From a virus (lineage: Duplodnaviria > Caudoviricetes): 46,021 bases of DNA. Every line of letters starts with the position of its first letter. Position 1 is the first letter of the stretch. Positions 27,339 through 36,138 of the stretch are shown here, in pieces. A program made the position numbers and the translations under genes. Location: positions 1-46,021 of the IMG/VR virus record IMGVR_UViG_3300010366_000004, one strand, 5' to 3'. The notes under the pieces were generated by a model. The model made no database searches. It was given only the letters and a program-made list of their open reading frames with translations, and was not told the DNA's origin.

Positions 27339-27535
27339 GGGATCCTCCGGTAGCCGGTGGACATCTCCAGACAGAGCTTGCAGTTCACCGGGTCGTCGGT
27401 CTCCCGCCCGTAGAGGGACCGCTCGCACAGCGAGGCGCTGTCGTTCTCGTAGGAGTTGCGGGCATAGTGGACCTTCGGCTCCCGACCGTAGCGCCGGGCG
27501 CTGTCACCGCCCCGCAGATGCTTGGGGCTGACCAT
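27335..27535 (-). CDS. Small zinc-binding protein (VH...LC...VNCKLC)
   Basis: GGAGGTG SD; motif. Confidence 0.55.
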   Translation of the reverse strand: MVSPKHLRGGDSARRYGREPKVHYARNSYENDSASLCERSLYGRETDDPVNCKLCLEMSTGYRRIP

Positions 27536-27863
27536 GAGCTTTCACCTCCCTGGTGCCAATCCACAGGTCGTAGGAACGGGCATGGCCACCGGCCACGTCG
27601 GTGGCTCGCTTCCCTCCGGTGCGAATGATCCAGCCCATGCGGGCGGCCTGGTTGAACACCGCGCCCATGGCGGTCGGACGCTCGATGCTGATGCCCAGCT
27701 TCTTCAATAGGCCTCGGACCTCGTCCGCATTGAACTCAACGCCGGCCAGCGCGTAGAAGCGGATGGCTTCCAGCACGGCCGCCTTGAACATGGCCGTGGT
27801 GGCGGCCTCCACTCGCTCCAGGGCTCGGTCCCGCTCGTGACGTTCGTCGTCTCGGTCAGTCAC
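27504..27863 (-). CDS. Winged-helix-like protein
   Basis: FNADEV...AMGAVFNQAARMGWIIRTG...H...W pattern. Confidence 0.6.
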   Translation of the reverse strand: MTDRDDERHERDRALERVEAATTAMFKAAVLEAIRFYALAGVEFNADEVRGLLKKLGISIERPTAMGAVFNQAARMGWIIRTGGKRATDVAGGHARSYDLWIGTREVKAHGQPQASAGR

Positions 27864-28009
27864 AGCGCGCACTGCCGGCAGGGGTCGTCGGGATAGCACC
27901 ACTCGGAACAGTCGTAGCACCAGGCCCGGTGCTCGCCCACGGTCCGGTGGTCACCACAGTGGCGGGGCTCGTGGCCCTGGAAGTTGCCGTCTCGATCAAA
28001 GATCTCCAT
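27860..28009 (-). CDS. 49-aa Cys-rich protein
   Basis: HRAWCYDCSEWCYPDDPCRQC; TGATG overlap. Confidence 0.55.
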   Translation of the reverse strand: MEIFDRDGNFQGHEPRHCGDHRTVGEHRAWCYDCSEWCYPDDPCRQCAL

Positions 28010-28185
28010 CAGTGCTTCCTCACCACGATGGCGCCATCTATGAAGGCGATGCGGTCCACGGCGAAGTAGTGGGCGACATACTCGCGACACCGTGGCTCCG
28101 GGCACTTCAGGGCGTGGTCGATGAGACCGGGGTAGGCGCGGTCCATCATCCGCTGGCGACGGCGCAGTTTGCGTTTGGTCATCAT
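28009..28185 (-). CDS. Hypothetical protein
   Basis: Coupled at both ends. Confidence 0.5.
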   Translation of the reverse strand: MMTKRKLRRRQRMMDRAYPGLIDHALKCPEPRCREYVAHYFAVDRIAFIDGAIVVRKH

Positions 28186-28730
28186 CAGTGCCTCAACGCC
28201 TCCCACTGCTCCGGGGTGAGCGCGTCGCGCACCCGCTGGCGGGGCTTGGGCTTGCTGGCCGCCACCAGCTGGTCGGCCTGGGCCGAGACGATGTCCTGCA
28301 ACTTGACAATCTGACCCTGCAGCTCGTCGTTGCGCTTCAGCAGGGCCAGGATGATCTGCTCCGCCGAGGGCTCGTGCTCATCGCGGTGACCCATCTCCTC
28401 GTTCTCCCGGGCCATGACCGCCGCCAATGGCAACGGGGCCGGGCAGGGGGGCAGGTACATGGTGGGGTCGACCAGCTCCAGGCGGATCATGGGGTTGTAG
28501 CCGTTGTCCGCGAACCTCCGGAGCCCGTGCTTGTAGGTGCGCAGGATCAGGGATCGTTGCTCCAGGTGGCGCAGGTTCCATCCCAAGGTCTTGACCCGCA
28601 GGTCCAGCTCCTCGGCCAGGCTGGAGGTCAGCCCGCCCCCCTGGGGTCTCGGGTCGGTGTTGGTCAGGGGGCCGTGGCGCTTCAGGTGCCACAGGATTCG
28701 GAGCTGGGTACGGGTGTACTCCTCGGCCAT
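28185..28730 (-). CDS. MarR-like winged-HTH plus coiled-coil protein
   Basis: TQLRILWHL...SLAEELDLRVKTLGWNLRHLEQRSLILR; variant extended RBS motif upstream. Confidence 0.7.
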   Translation of the reverse strand: MAEEYTRTQLRILWHLKRHGPLTNTDPRPQGGGLTSSLAEELDLRVKTLGWNLRHLEQRSLILRTYKHGLRRFADNGYNPMIRLELVDPTMYLPPCPAPLPLAAVMARENEEMGHRDEHEPSAEQIILALLKRNDELQGQIVKLQDIVSAQADQLVAASKPKPRQRVRDALTPEQWEALRH

Positions 28731-28906
28731 GGTGATTCCTCCTTTGGTGATTCTCGGTCCAGAAACTCCTGAACGATCTGGTTGATCAACCAGTTCAGGG
28801 AGATCCCCCGCTCGGTGGCTACCCGGGCCAGCGCGTCGTGGTTCTCGACGGGCATCCGGAACGAGGTGCTTTTGGTGGTCGGCTCGGGCCGGCGGTTGTG
28901 CCTCAT
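28682..28906 (-). CDS. Ribbon-helix-helix (Arc/HicB-like) DNA-binding protein
   Basis: TSFRMPVENHDALARVATERGISLNWLINQIV. Confidence 0.75.
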   Translation of the reverse strand: MRHNRRPEPTTKSTSFRMPVENHDALARVATERGISLNWLINQIVQEFLDRESPKEESPWPRSTPVPSSESCGT

Positions 28907-29271
28907 GACGCCTTCCTCAGCCATCGCTTGATCCGCCCGGCCATGACCGGACGGGGGGCGACCCGGGTCATCCGCCCGTTGCAGCGGGGCGGGAGCAACG
29001 GTGTGTTGCTGGTGCAGACCCGCCGGGCCTTCACCGTCATCAACCTCAGCTCGCCGCAGTCCGGGCACCAGTACCACTCGTGCCCGGACACCTGTCCCTC
29101 CAGGGTCCAGGCCGACACGTGGCTGACCGTGGTGGCCGCCCCGACGTCGGCGGCCAGGGCCGCTTTGTATGTATCGGCAGGGCTCCTATCGGCCGTGAAG
29201 TACAGCAATCCCCTCTCGGCCAGGGCCTTGATTATCAGTCTGTAGGTCAGGTTGGCGTCCTGTGTTTTCAA
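28903..29271 (-). CDS. Zinc-ribbon hypothetical protein
   Basis: GGAGGAGG SD with TTG start; CPDC...C...C. Confidence 0.5.
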   Translation of the reverse strand: MKTQDANLTYRLIIKALAERGLLYFTADRSPADTYKAALAADVGAATTVSHVSAWTLEGQVSGHEWYWCPDCGELRLMTVKARRVCTSNTPLLPPRCNGRMTRVAPRPVMAGRIKRWLRKAS

Positions 29272-29297
29272 GAGTCCCCTCCTCCCTGTCGCTGGCT

Positions 29298-29405
29298 CAG
29301 AACACGAACCCCCCCGTGTTCTGCTGTACGCGCTCAGATCACGGGTCCCTACACCCGTGTGTTCTGCTGTTCTGCTGTTCTGACCCCCCGGTTCCATCAG
29401 AACTG
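29298..29405. repeat. GTTCTG-core repeats, candidate replication origin
   Basis: Inverted pair CAGAACACG/CGTGTTCTG (29298-29323) and three tandem TGTTCTG(C/A) (29360-29383) just downstream of the primase-helicase. Confidence 0.45.
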
Positions 29406-31541
29406 TCCGGGTTGTCCGTTTGCCGGTCTGGACACCAGCCACCCCTTCTGGACGCCGTTGGCTCCAACGTCGTTGAGGGTGTACTGGCGGGCTTTGATGT
29501 TTTCCCGGGCCCTGGCCCGGTCGATGATTCCTCGGGGAAAACCAAGATCCTGAAGGGCGGTTAGGAACTCATGTGAGGGCATCTCTTTTCCCTCCGGCAG
29601 AAGCTCGCGGATGGCCAGGCGGGCCTGGCCCTGCAGGGAGTCGGGGTCCACCGGGGTGATGTTGAGCAGTTCGTCGGCGCTGAACTCCACCTCGCCGCCC
29701 CACTCCACGAAGGCGCAGGGCATGGTCTCGTGCTTGGTCAGCCGGAAGGACAGGGCGGTGGGCTTGGCCTCGGTGTTGACCTTGACCGGGGCCATCACCC
29801 GGATGCTCTCGTCGTTGGGGTGGTAGCCGATGGAGTGCACGGCCCGGGCCACCCCGGCGATACCGATGGATCCGTTCCCCTGGTACATGGCCTTGCCGGT
29901 GCGCTCCTTGCGCAGGTGGCGGATCAGGATGATGGTGCAGCCGGTGGCCCGGGCCATCTCCACCAGAGGCTGGAGGGCCCGGCGCACGTGGGCGTCCTTG
30001 TGGGTGTCGACCTCGCCGGCCAGGTAGGCGGACAGCACGTCCACCACCACCAGGGCCGCGCTGTGCTCCTCGACCTTCTCCCACAGCAGGGCGGTGTCGA
30101 GTGGGAGGGTGACGGGCACCACCTCGTCCTCGTGGCTCACCGCCTCCACGTGGATGACCCGGTCCAGGTTGGCGCCAGCGGCCTGCAGCCGCCAGACGGT
30201 GGTGTCGTCCATGTCGTCCTCGGCCGAGAGAAACAGGACGTTCCTGGGGGCCAATCCGGGGCTTCCGTCAGGCATCTCCTTGCCGGTGGTGACCCGGGCC
30301 AGCAGGTCCAGGCTGACGGTGGACTTCCCGGTGGCCGGATCCCCTTCGAGCACGACCAGCTTCCCCTTGGGCAGCCACCGATGCCACAACCACTCGGGGT
30401 GGACCGGGGTCACCTCGGACACGGCCCGGGTCACCATCCCCTTGCCCATGCCGACCTGGCCCACCTTGATCTTGTCGATCTTCGGCTTCTTGCCCGGCTC
30501 CCCGGCGTCGTGGAATCCCCGCTCCAGCAGATCCTTGCGGGCCGCCTTGAACATGGCGTTGGTGTCGCCGGGGTGGTTGGCCCCGTGGTACAGCCAGGAG
30601 TACAGCCCGAAGGGGTCCATCGGTTTGCGCAGCGGGATCCCGGTGGCCGCGGCCACGGTCTCCGACCACACCGCGCAGTGGCCGTCGTCGCCATACACGG
30701 TGGCGCTCACCTCGTTGGCGGCCTTGGGGTGGCGCCAGTGGGTATCCCCGGTGCGGCGGTCGGTGCGAACCAGGGTCCACGACAGGGACTTCAGGATCTC
30801 CCCGCACTTCACCACCTCGTTGAACCGGGAGCCGGCCAGGTGGCGGGCCTGACTCTGACGGGTCTGGACCTCCTCCCGGGTCGGCAGCGGCTCCAGCAGA
30901 TCCTCCACCTCGTCGGCGCCGTAGTCGAGCTGCCAGCGGGCCTTGAAGGTGACCGGGACCGGCCGGCCCAGCTTGAAGTTGAACGTGCCCGGCAGGCGCA
31001 TGACCCGGTCGATGTTGCTGACGTTGTCGATGTGACAGCCGGCCTCGGTGGCGATGCGTTCCCAGGTGAGATGCCAGCGGGTCAACAGCGGGATGGCCTC
31101 GGCCGCCGGCAGGGGTTCCTTCAGCCGCCACCATGGTTGCAGCCCGTACCCGGAGTGCACCACGGCGGTGGGGGCCAACGGGAAGCGCTCGATGAGGGTC
31201 ACCACCACGCTCTTGTTGAGGGGCAGGTTCGGCAACCGGTGGGCCGGGCCGGCGATGTCGATGTCCAACCACAGGGCCGGGATGGAGGCGCACTGGCTGA
31301 TCCCACCCCGGGCCCCGGCCTCCAGGCGGTCGTAGCGGGGTGCCACCCCGAACCACAGATCGCCTTTCATCCCGAGGATGTCGATCATCGGACCGAGGGC
31401 CCGCAGGTTGTCCACGGGGGCCCACTCCACATGGCGCCGGCCCCCGTTGTGCTCGACCGAGAAGAGGTTGACCCACCCGGCCTCCTGGCGGCCATAGAGC
31501 TGTTGCAACCACTCCATGGCCGCCGTGACGTTGACCGGCAC
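29397..31541 (-). CDS. Primase-helicase (RepB-like primase plus AAA_25/RepA-type helicase)
   Basis: LWLDID, VHSGYGLQPWW, RVMRLPGTFN; Walker A GDPATGKST, Walker B LVVVD, HLRK, GSIG. Confidence 0.9.
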   Translation of the reverse strand: MPVNVTAAMEWLQQLYGRQEAGWVNLFSVEHNGGRRHVEWAPVDNLRALGPMIDILGMKGDLWFGVAPRYDRLEAGARGGISQCASIPALWLDIDIAGPAHRLPNLPLNKSVVVTLIERFPLAPTAVVHSGYGLQPWWRLKEPLPAAEAIPLLTRWHLTWERIATEAGCHIDNVSNIDRVMRLPGTFNFKLGRPVPVTFKARWQLDYGADEVEDLLEPLPTREEVQTRQSQARHLAGSRFNEVVKCGEILKSLSWTLVRTDRRTGDTHWRHPKAANEVSATVYGDDGHCAVWSETVAAATGIPLRKPMDPFGLYSWLYHGANHPGDTNAMFKAARKDLLERGFHDAGEPGKKPKIDKIKVGQVGMGKGMVTRAVSEVTPVHPEWLWHRWLPKGKLVVLEGDPATGKSTVSLDLLARVTTGKEMPDGSPGLAPRNVLFLSAEDDMDDTTVWRLQAAGANLDRVIHVEAVSHEDEVVPVTLPLDTALLWEKVEEHSAALVVVDVLSAYLAGEVDTHKDAHVRRALQPLVEMARATGCTIILIRHLRKERTGKAMYQGNGSIGIAGVARAVHSIGYHPNDESIRVMAPVKVNTEAKPTALSFRLTKHETMPCAFVEWGGEVEFSADELLNITPVDPDSLQGQARLAIRELLPEGKEMPSHEFLTALQDLGFPRGIIDRARARENIKARQYTLNDVGANGVQKGWLVSRPANGQPGQF

Positions 31542-31544
31542 GGG

Positions 31545-31994
31545 TCAGCTCTCGAACAGGTCGGACTCAGCCTCCGTTGGCGCGGGGCGGGCCATCGTCT
31601 GGATGTTGGACTGCTGGGTGGGGGCTGCCGGGAACGGGTTCCCACCCTCCACCGAGATCCGGTAGATCTTGGTGGGGTTGCCGTAGGCCGAGGGCCGCAG
31701 CTCGGTCAGCTCGATGTCGATGATGTCACCGGCCTCCGGCTTCAGCTGGAGCATCTGGCCCTTCAGGTTCTTGGACCCGGCGATCACCTCGCCCACCGGG
31801 TAGCTGGCCTGCTTGCCGGCGAGGAGGGTGGCCACGTCGACCAGCTGGTACTTGATGGCCACCCCGTTGCGGCTGGTGAACTTGCTCACGTCCTTGATCC
31901 GGCCCTTGATTCGGTCCCCGATCACCTGGCACTTCAGCGTGGGCGGGTAGTCGTCATCGTCGGGAAGCAGTTCGGGGTCGTCATAGATGCTCAT
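31545..31994 (-). CDS. Single-stranded DNA-binding protein (probable)
   Basis: OB-like beta pattern, acidic/aromatic tail ESDLFES, between exonuclease and primase. Confidence 0.6.
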   Translation of the reverse strand: MSIYDDPELLPDDDDYPPTLKCQVIGDRIKGRIKDVSKFTSRNGVAIKYQLVDVATLLAGKQASYPVGEVIAGSKNLKGQMLQLKPEAGDIIDIELTELRPSAYGNPTKIYRISVEGGNPFPAAPTQQSNIQTMARPAPTEAESDLFES

Positions 31995-32971
31995 TTGGGG
32001 GTCTCCTTCATCAGGTACAACTTCACGAGGGCGCAGGCCTGTTCGATGTGGGCGCCGGTCATCTGGGACGGCTTGGTTGGGATCCCCAGCTCGCGGAAGT
32101 GCAGCGACACCTCCAGCTTCTGCTCCAGCGTCATCATGCCCACGTGCTTCTGCAGCCAGACCAGCATCAGGGGTTCCTCGCCGGGTAGCTCATCGAAGCG
32201 AACCGACCGGCGCTCCAGCGGGCCGCTCATCTTCGGGCCGTCGGCCTCCCACTTGCGGACTTCGAGCGCGGCCAGGAAGGCCCGGCGGTAACCGACGTGC
32301 ATGGGCAGGGGTCGAAGTTTGTAGCCCTTGTCGGTCAGGTGGACCAGCAGGCAGGAGTCGGGTGGCTTCCACTCGTGCTCGGTGCCGTCGGCGTCCAGGC
32401 GGTACTCGGCCCCCAGCGCGTAGGCCCCCACCACCTGCACGCCCATGTCCTCGTACAGGCCCCGGCCGGTCTTGTAGTCGATGAGGCAGCGGCCCAGCTC
32501 GGGGAAGGCCCGCAGCCGGCCGAGGAAATCCAGGGTTCCGGCGAACAGGTGCTTCTCGTTGTAGATGGTGGCCTCGGTCATCTCGGGTACCAATCCGATC
32601 TCGGCGTGCAGCTTCTGGGCCGAGTCGATCCACGGCTCCACCGCGGCCTCGACCTCGTAGGTCTTGCCGGCCACGATGTTCTCCATAACGGCGTGGATCT
32701 CCGAACCGCGCGCCGCGGCCCGGTCCCGCTGGTCCCAGGGCACCCGCTTCAGCAGGTTGACCGCGTCCATGGCCGGCAGCCCCACCCAGTTGTCCATGTA
32801 GGACACGGCGTACTCGGCCACCTTCAGCGCGGCCCACCGGGGGATGGCCTCCTTCGGCAACGCGGAGACCACCGAGGTGACCGAGCGGTACACCGGCATC
32901 CGGTTGTGGCGGACCGGGTGGCGGTACCACCGTTTGCCGTTGATGTCGACGGCCATGGTCGGGGTGGTCAC
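31991..32971 (-). CDS. PD-(D/E)XK exonuclease (RecB/Cas4-like phage exonuclease)
   Basis: SVTSVV...K..IPRWAA, RGSEIH, E...FAGTLD, IDYKTG, Q...AY. Confidence 0.85.
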   Translation of the reverse strand: MTTPTMAVDINGKRWYRHPVRHNRMPVYRSVTSVVSALPKEAIPRWAALKVAEYAVSYMDNWVGLPAMDAVNLLKRVPWDQRDRAAARGSEIHAVMENIVAGKTYEVEAAVEPWIDSAQKLHAEIGLVPEMTEATIYNEKHLFAGTLDFLGRLRAFPELGRCLIDYKTGRGLYEDMGVQVVGAYALGAEYRLDADGTEHEWKPPDSCLLVHLTDKGYKLRPLPMHVGYRRAFLAALEVRKWEADGPKMSGPLERRSVRFDELPGEEPLMLVWLQKHVGMMTLEQKLEVSLHFRELGIPTKPSQMTGAHIEQACALVKLYLMKETPK

Positions 32972-33132
32972 TCGGGCACCTCCCCGGTGACGGGGTCCAT
33001 CTCCATCCACGTCGGGTAGGTCTGCTCCCTGACACAGTCGTTGCACGCGCCCTGCTCGGAGGCCTCCCGGTTGCTCATCAGCCGGTGGCAGTACGGGCAC
33101 TCGTGGGGCGGGTGGTCAGCCGTCCATTCCAT
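32968..33132 (-). CDS. 54-aa zinc-finger protein (CPYC...CNDC; DPVTGEV)
   Basis: Translated by hand; GGAGG SD; stop overlaps the exonuclease start. Confidence 0.55.
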   Translation of the reverse strand: MEWTADHPPHECPYCHRLMSNREASEQGACNDCVREQTYPTWMEMDPVTGEVPE

Positions 33133-33364
33133 GCATCCCACCTCCATCCTCCGCTCCGCCCTGGATCACGATGACGTCGTCGGCCCAGCGGTCCCCGATG
33201 ACCTTGAACACAGTGGCTCCGGGGTATTGATTGAGGAAGGCCCCGAGGGCCACCTCCAGGGTGCGAGCGAACACCCACACGTTGAGATTCCGGCGGTAAC
33301 TCTGGTCCTCCGGCTTGTCGCTGGCCTCGATGTGCCAGACCTTGCTGGTGTGGGCGGCCTTCAC
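33116..33364 (-). CDS. Hypothetical protein
   Basis: GTGA overlap; GGGAG SD. Confidence 0.5.
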   Translation of the reverse strand: MKAAHTSKVWHIEASDKPEDQSYRRNLNVWVFARTLEVALGAFLNQYPGATVFKVIGDRWADDVIVIQGGAEDGGGMHGMDG

Positions 33365-33573
33365 AGTGTCGGTCTCCCGGTGAAGGCCATCAGCACGGCG
33401 GGGATGTCGCGGGGATCAGCAGAGAACAGAGCGATGCGGATCCGGCGGGGGCCCGGCTGACCATGGCGGCGATCCGGTTCCTCATAGGTGAACGTGGGTA
33501 GGACGAGTAAGTCGGGCGGGTCCTCGGGCACTGACTCGGGGGCGCGAGGTACCCGCCTGCGGGTGGTGGTCAC
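33361..33573 (-). CDS. Hypothetical protein
   Basis: GAGGAGGAGG SD before GTG 33573. Confidence 0.55.
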   Translation of the reverse strand: MTTTRRRVPRAPESVPEDPPDLLVLPTFTYEEPDRRHGQPGPRRIRIALFSADPRDIPAVLMAFTGRPTL

Positions 33574-33608
33574 TGGGACCCCTCCTCCTCGGTAGCTATT
33601 CAGTTTTC

Positions 33609-33640
33609 AGCGAAAAGGAAAGGGGTCTTCCCTCTTCGCT
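33609..33640 (-). terminator. 14-bp hairpin, candidate terminator/attenuator
   Basis: AGCGAAGAGGGAAG-ACCC-CTTTCCTTTTCGCT with two G-U pairs on the minus strand. Confidence 0.45.
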
Positions 33641-33709
33641 ACAGCCACCCCAGCGACTGCCAGTCGTAGAGCACGGGCCGCACCAGCCTCACGTTCCTCC
33701 ACGCGGCGA

Positions 33710-33780
33710 TCCCGATGGTGGGGAGCTGCCGCCAAGGAGAATCACCAACCCAAGCGGAGCCCTGGGTCCCACCATCGGGA
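33710..33780 (-). ncRNA. Candidate antisense sRNA hairpin exposing UUGGUGAUUCUCCUU
   Basis: Perfect 13-bp outer stem TCCCGATGGTGGG/CCCACCATCGGGA; loop complementary to the AAGGAGAATCACC RBS motif. Confidence 0.55.
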
Positions 33781-33792
33781 CGAGAGGCCACC

Positions 33793-34146
33793 TTAGCTGA
33801 CGGGGGCATGGTGAGCGCGGATGCGGGCGTAGAGCGGGGCGAAGACCTTCAGGGGGAGCGTGACGTACCACTCTCCCGGGTTCCCTCGGCCCCACCTCTT
33901 GTGGACCACGACGAAGTACGGGACCCCCTTTCTCTCGGCCTGCTTGGTTGTCTCATCTATCCAGAGCGCGAGCTTCATCTCGTGCGCGGTCTTGACCTGC
34001 ACGCACAGCTCCTCGATCCCCCCGATGTCCCCGGTGTCTCCCGCCCCCGCGAGCGCGGTGCGGTAGGCCTCGGGGAACCATTCGCGCACGAACCCGAGCA
34101 CAGCGGTCTCCCCTTCAGTACCTGTCTGCTTCGGGCGGCGCTTCAC
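33793..34146 (-). CDS. Holliday junction resolvase-like PD-(D/E)XK nuclease
   Basis: KQTGTEGETAV...GAGDTGDI...VQVK...W..E...Q...VVHKR...WYV actinophage pattern. Confidence 0.75.
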   Translation of the reverse strand: MKRRPKQTGTEGETAVLGFVREWFPEAYRTALAGAGDTGDIGGIEELCVQVKTAHEMKLALWIDETTKQAERKGVPYFVVVHKRWGRGNPGEWYVTLPLKVFAPLYARIRAHHAPVS

Positions 34147-34391
34147 TGTGCCACGGAACGGGGCGGGAAGGGAACTGTCCGTGGACGCCGGCCCCGGGTG
34201 AGGGTCGGGCTGACCTCGGAGGCCGCCGCCCACTCCTCCAAAGCTGAACGGCGGTAACGGACGTACTTGGTGCCCTTCACCACGTAGGGGGGCCCGGTCT
34301 TGCTATGCCTCCACCACTTGAGGGTGGCAGCCGGGATCTTCAGCCACTCGGCCGCCTCCTCGGTGGTCAGTAGCTCCTCTTCACCCGGCAT
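34143..34391 (-). CDS. xis: Excisionase / HTH_17 DNA-binding protein
   Basis: LLTTEEAAEWLKIPAATLKWWR...GPPYV...VRYRRSALEEW; divergent from the integrase. Confidence 0.75.
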   Translation of the reverse strand: MPGEEELLTTEEAAEWLKIPAATLKWWRHSKTGPPYVVKGTKYVRYRRSALEEWAAASEVSPTLTRGRRPRTVPFPPRSVAQ

Positions 34392-34447
34392 CGGCTCCCC
34401 CTGTATTGCGGTTGGGTGGTGGAGGGAACGCTAAACTTGCGTGTTGT

Positions 34448-34482
34448 AGCCTGTCTAGGCTGAATACAGATGAATACATCTG
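34448..34482. promoter_or_regulatory. xis/int divergent control region
   Basis: AGCCT-N4-AGGCT and CAGATG-N4-CATCTG inverted repeats, TGAATACA twice, TAGCCT/TAGGCT -10-like hexamers. Confidence 0.4.
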
Positions 34483-34501
34483 CTACCAAAGGAGAATCAC
34501 C

Positions 34502-35632
34502 GTGGGATCAGTGCAGATCAAGAACGGTAGGCCGCAGGGCCGCTACCGGGACGCCGAGGGCAACCAGCACGCCCGGATGTTTGACACCCCCGAGCAGGCC
34601 GAGGACTACTGGAGGGCCGGGGAGCAGCTGGTACGCGACGGCCTCCACCCCGGCACCGGCCACCGGATGACGGTGGAGGCCTACTGGCTGGACCAGTACC
34701 GCCACCGGTTCGGGTACCTGCAGCCCGGAAGTCGGAAGCTCATGGAGTCCATCTTTTGCGTCCATATCATCCCCCGGTTCGGGCCCCTGGCTTTCCACCA
34801 AATAACCTTCGAGATGGTGGCCGACTGGAAGGATGAAATGGTTGGCGCCGGTAAAGCCCCAAGATACGTGCGGGAAATCCTGCGTTTCTTCTATGCAATG
34901 CTGACCAGCGCAGCCCACCTCGATATGTTCGACATTGCCCTGGTCGGACGGATGAAAGGCGAGATCCGCAAGCCCAAGCCCAAGACCAAAGGTCTGGCCG
35001 TCAACCCCGACAAAATCCCCACCCCCGAGCAGGTCGGGGAATGGTTCGAGAAGATGCCCGACTACTGCGGTCTGGCCGTGATGATCGCGGCCCAGACCGG
35101 GATGCGGGCCGGCGAGGTGTTGGGCCTGTCCATGGAACGGATCGGGATCCGCAAGGCCACCGTGGACCGCCAGCTGAAGGACAGCCGGGAGCGGGGCGAC
35201 TACATGGGCCCGACCAAGAGCGAGGCGTCGGATCGGCCGGTGCCGCTGCCCGCCCCGCTCATGGACCTGCTGGCTGAGCACCTGGTCCGCTACCCGCCCA
35301 TCACCCGGACCATGGACTGCTACGACCGCAACAATCAGCACTGGCAGGAAGAGGTCTCCCTGATCTTCGGCACCCGCCACCGGGAGATCCTGCGGTGCTC
35401 CAACCTGTCCCATCTGTCGGGGCGGGCCATCGAGCACCGCTACCGCTTCCACGACCTGCGCCACTTCTTTGCCTCCTACATGCTGGCCAACGGGATGGAG
35501 CTGCCCGACCTGTCCCGGGCCCTCGGTCACGAGCGGCTGTCGATCACCCAGGACACCTACATCCACTGCGTCCCCAAGAAGGAGGAGGACCCCCAGCACG
35601 CGGTCATGTCGAGACTGTTCGGTTCTCGTTGA
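34502..35632 (+). CDS. int: Tyrosine integrase, 376 aa
   Basis: Arm-binding N-terminus (GRYRDAEG), TGMRAGE, PTKSEAS, FHDLRHFFAS, LGH, TY; start GTG 34502 after AAAGGAGAATCACC. Confidence 0.93.
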   Translation: MGSVQIKNGRPQGRYRDAEGNQHARMFDTPEQAEDYWRAGEQLVRDGLHPGTGHRMTVEAYWLDQYRHRFGYLQPGSRKLMESIFCVHIIPRFGPLAFHQITFEMVADWKDEMVGAGKAPRYVREILRFFYAMLTSAAHLDMFDIALVGRMKGEIRKPKPKTKGLAVNPDKIPTPEQVGEWFEKMPDYCGLAVMIAAQTGMRAGEVLGLSMERIGIRKATVDRQLKDSRERGDYMGPTKSEASDRPVPLPAPLMDLLAEHLVRYPPITRTMDCYDRNNQHWQEEVSLIFGTRHREILRCSNLSHLSGRAIEHRYRFHDLRHFFASYMLANGMELPDLSRALGHERLSITQDTYIHCVPKKEEDPQHAVMSRLFGSR

Positions 35633-35740
35633 CCGCTCGTTGACCGGGCCGCGAAAGCCCTGGTCAGAGCCCTATGTCCATGATCATGAACTTCACCGAC
35701 ATGGACTTTCATAAAGGGCCTCTGACCAGGGCTTTTCTCT
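35625..35740. other. Candidate attP / convergent terminator region
   Basis: CTCGTTGACCG tandem twice; 16-bp inverted repeat AAAGCCCTGGTCAGAG/CTCTGACCAGGGCTTT around the near-palindrome GTCCATGATCATGAAC. Confidence 0.45.
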
Positions 35741-35741
35741 G

Positions 35742-35960
35742 TCAGTCCCCCGCTCTGGGTGAGTCTGGGTTGAGGGTGGATTTGGATGGGATTGGATGCG
35801 CCGTTGACTCCCGGGTGACCGGGCCCAGCCACACCGCCGTCCGCTTCCAGTAGGCGATGCGCCGACGCAGGATCGGGGCGCACCGGGTCACCTCGCCGGC
35901 CTCGATCTCGAAGCTGGCCGAGAAGGCCGCCGTGGTCACCATGTACAGGCCGTCCCTCAC
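35742..35960 (-). CDS. Hypothetical protein (DGLY.V...F.A.F.I..G.V..CAPILR)
   Basis: GC3-rich ORF. Confidence 0.55.
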   Translation of the reverse strand: MRDGLYMVTTAAFSASFEIEAGEVTRCAPILRRRIAYWKRTAVWLGPVTRESTAHPIPSKSTLNPDSPRAGD

Positions 35961-36138
35961 GACGCCGGAGCTTCTGGACGGTGCGCCGGCTGGCCCGGCT
36001 GGTGTAGGGCGTGCCTTGCTCCGTGATGTGCTTGGTCAGCACCCGCAGATCCTCCGGGGTGATGTCGTGGTACATGACGAACCTCGCGACTCGGTACATG
36101 CCCAGTCCATACGTCGGACCGCGGCGCGCTGTCCGGTT

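Noticed and set aside
31991-32971. Cas4 as part of a CRISPR system
   Set aside because: No Fe-S cysteine cluster, no array; context is recombination/replication
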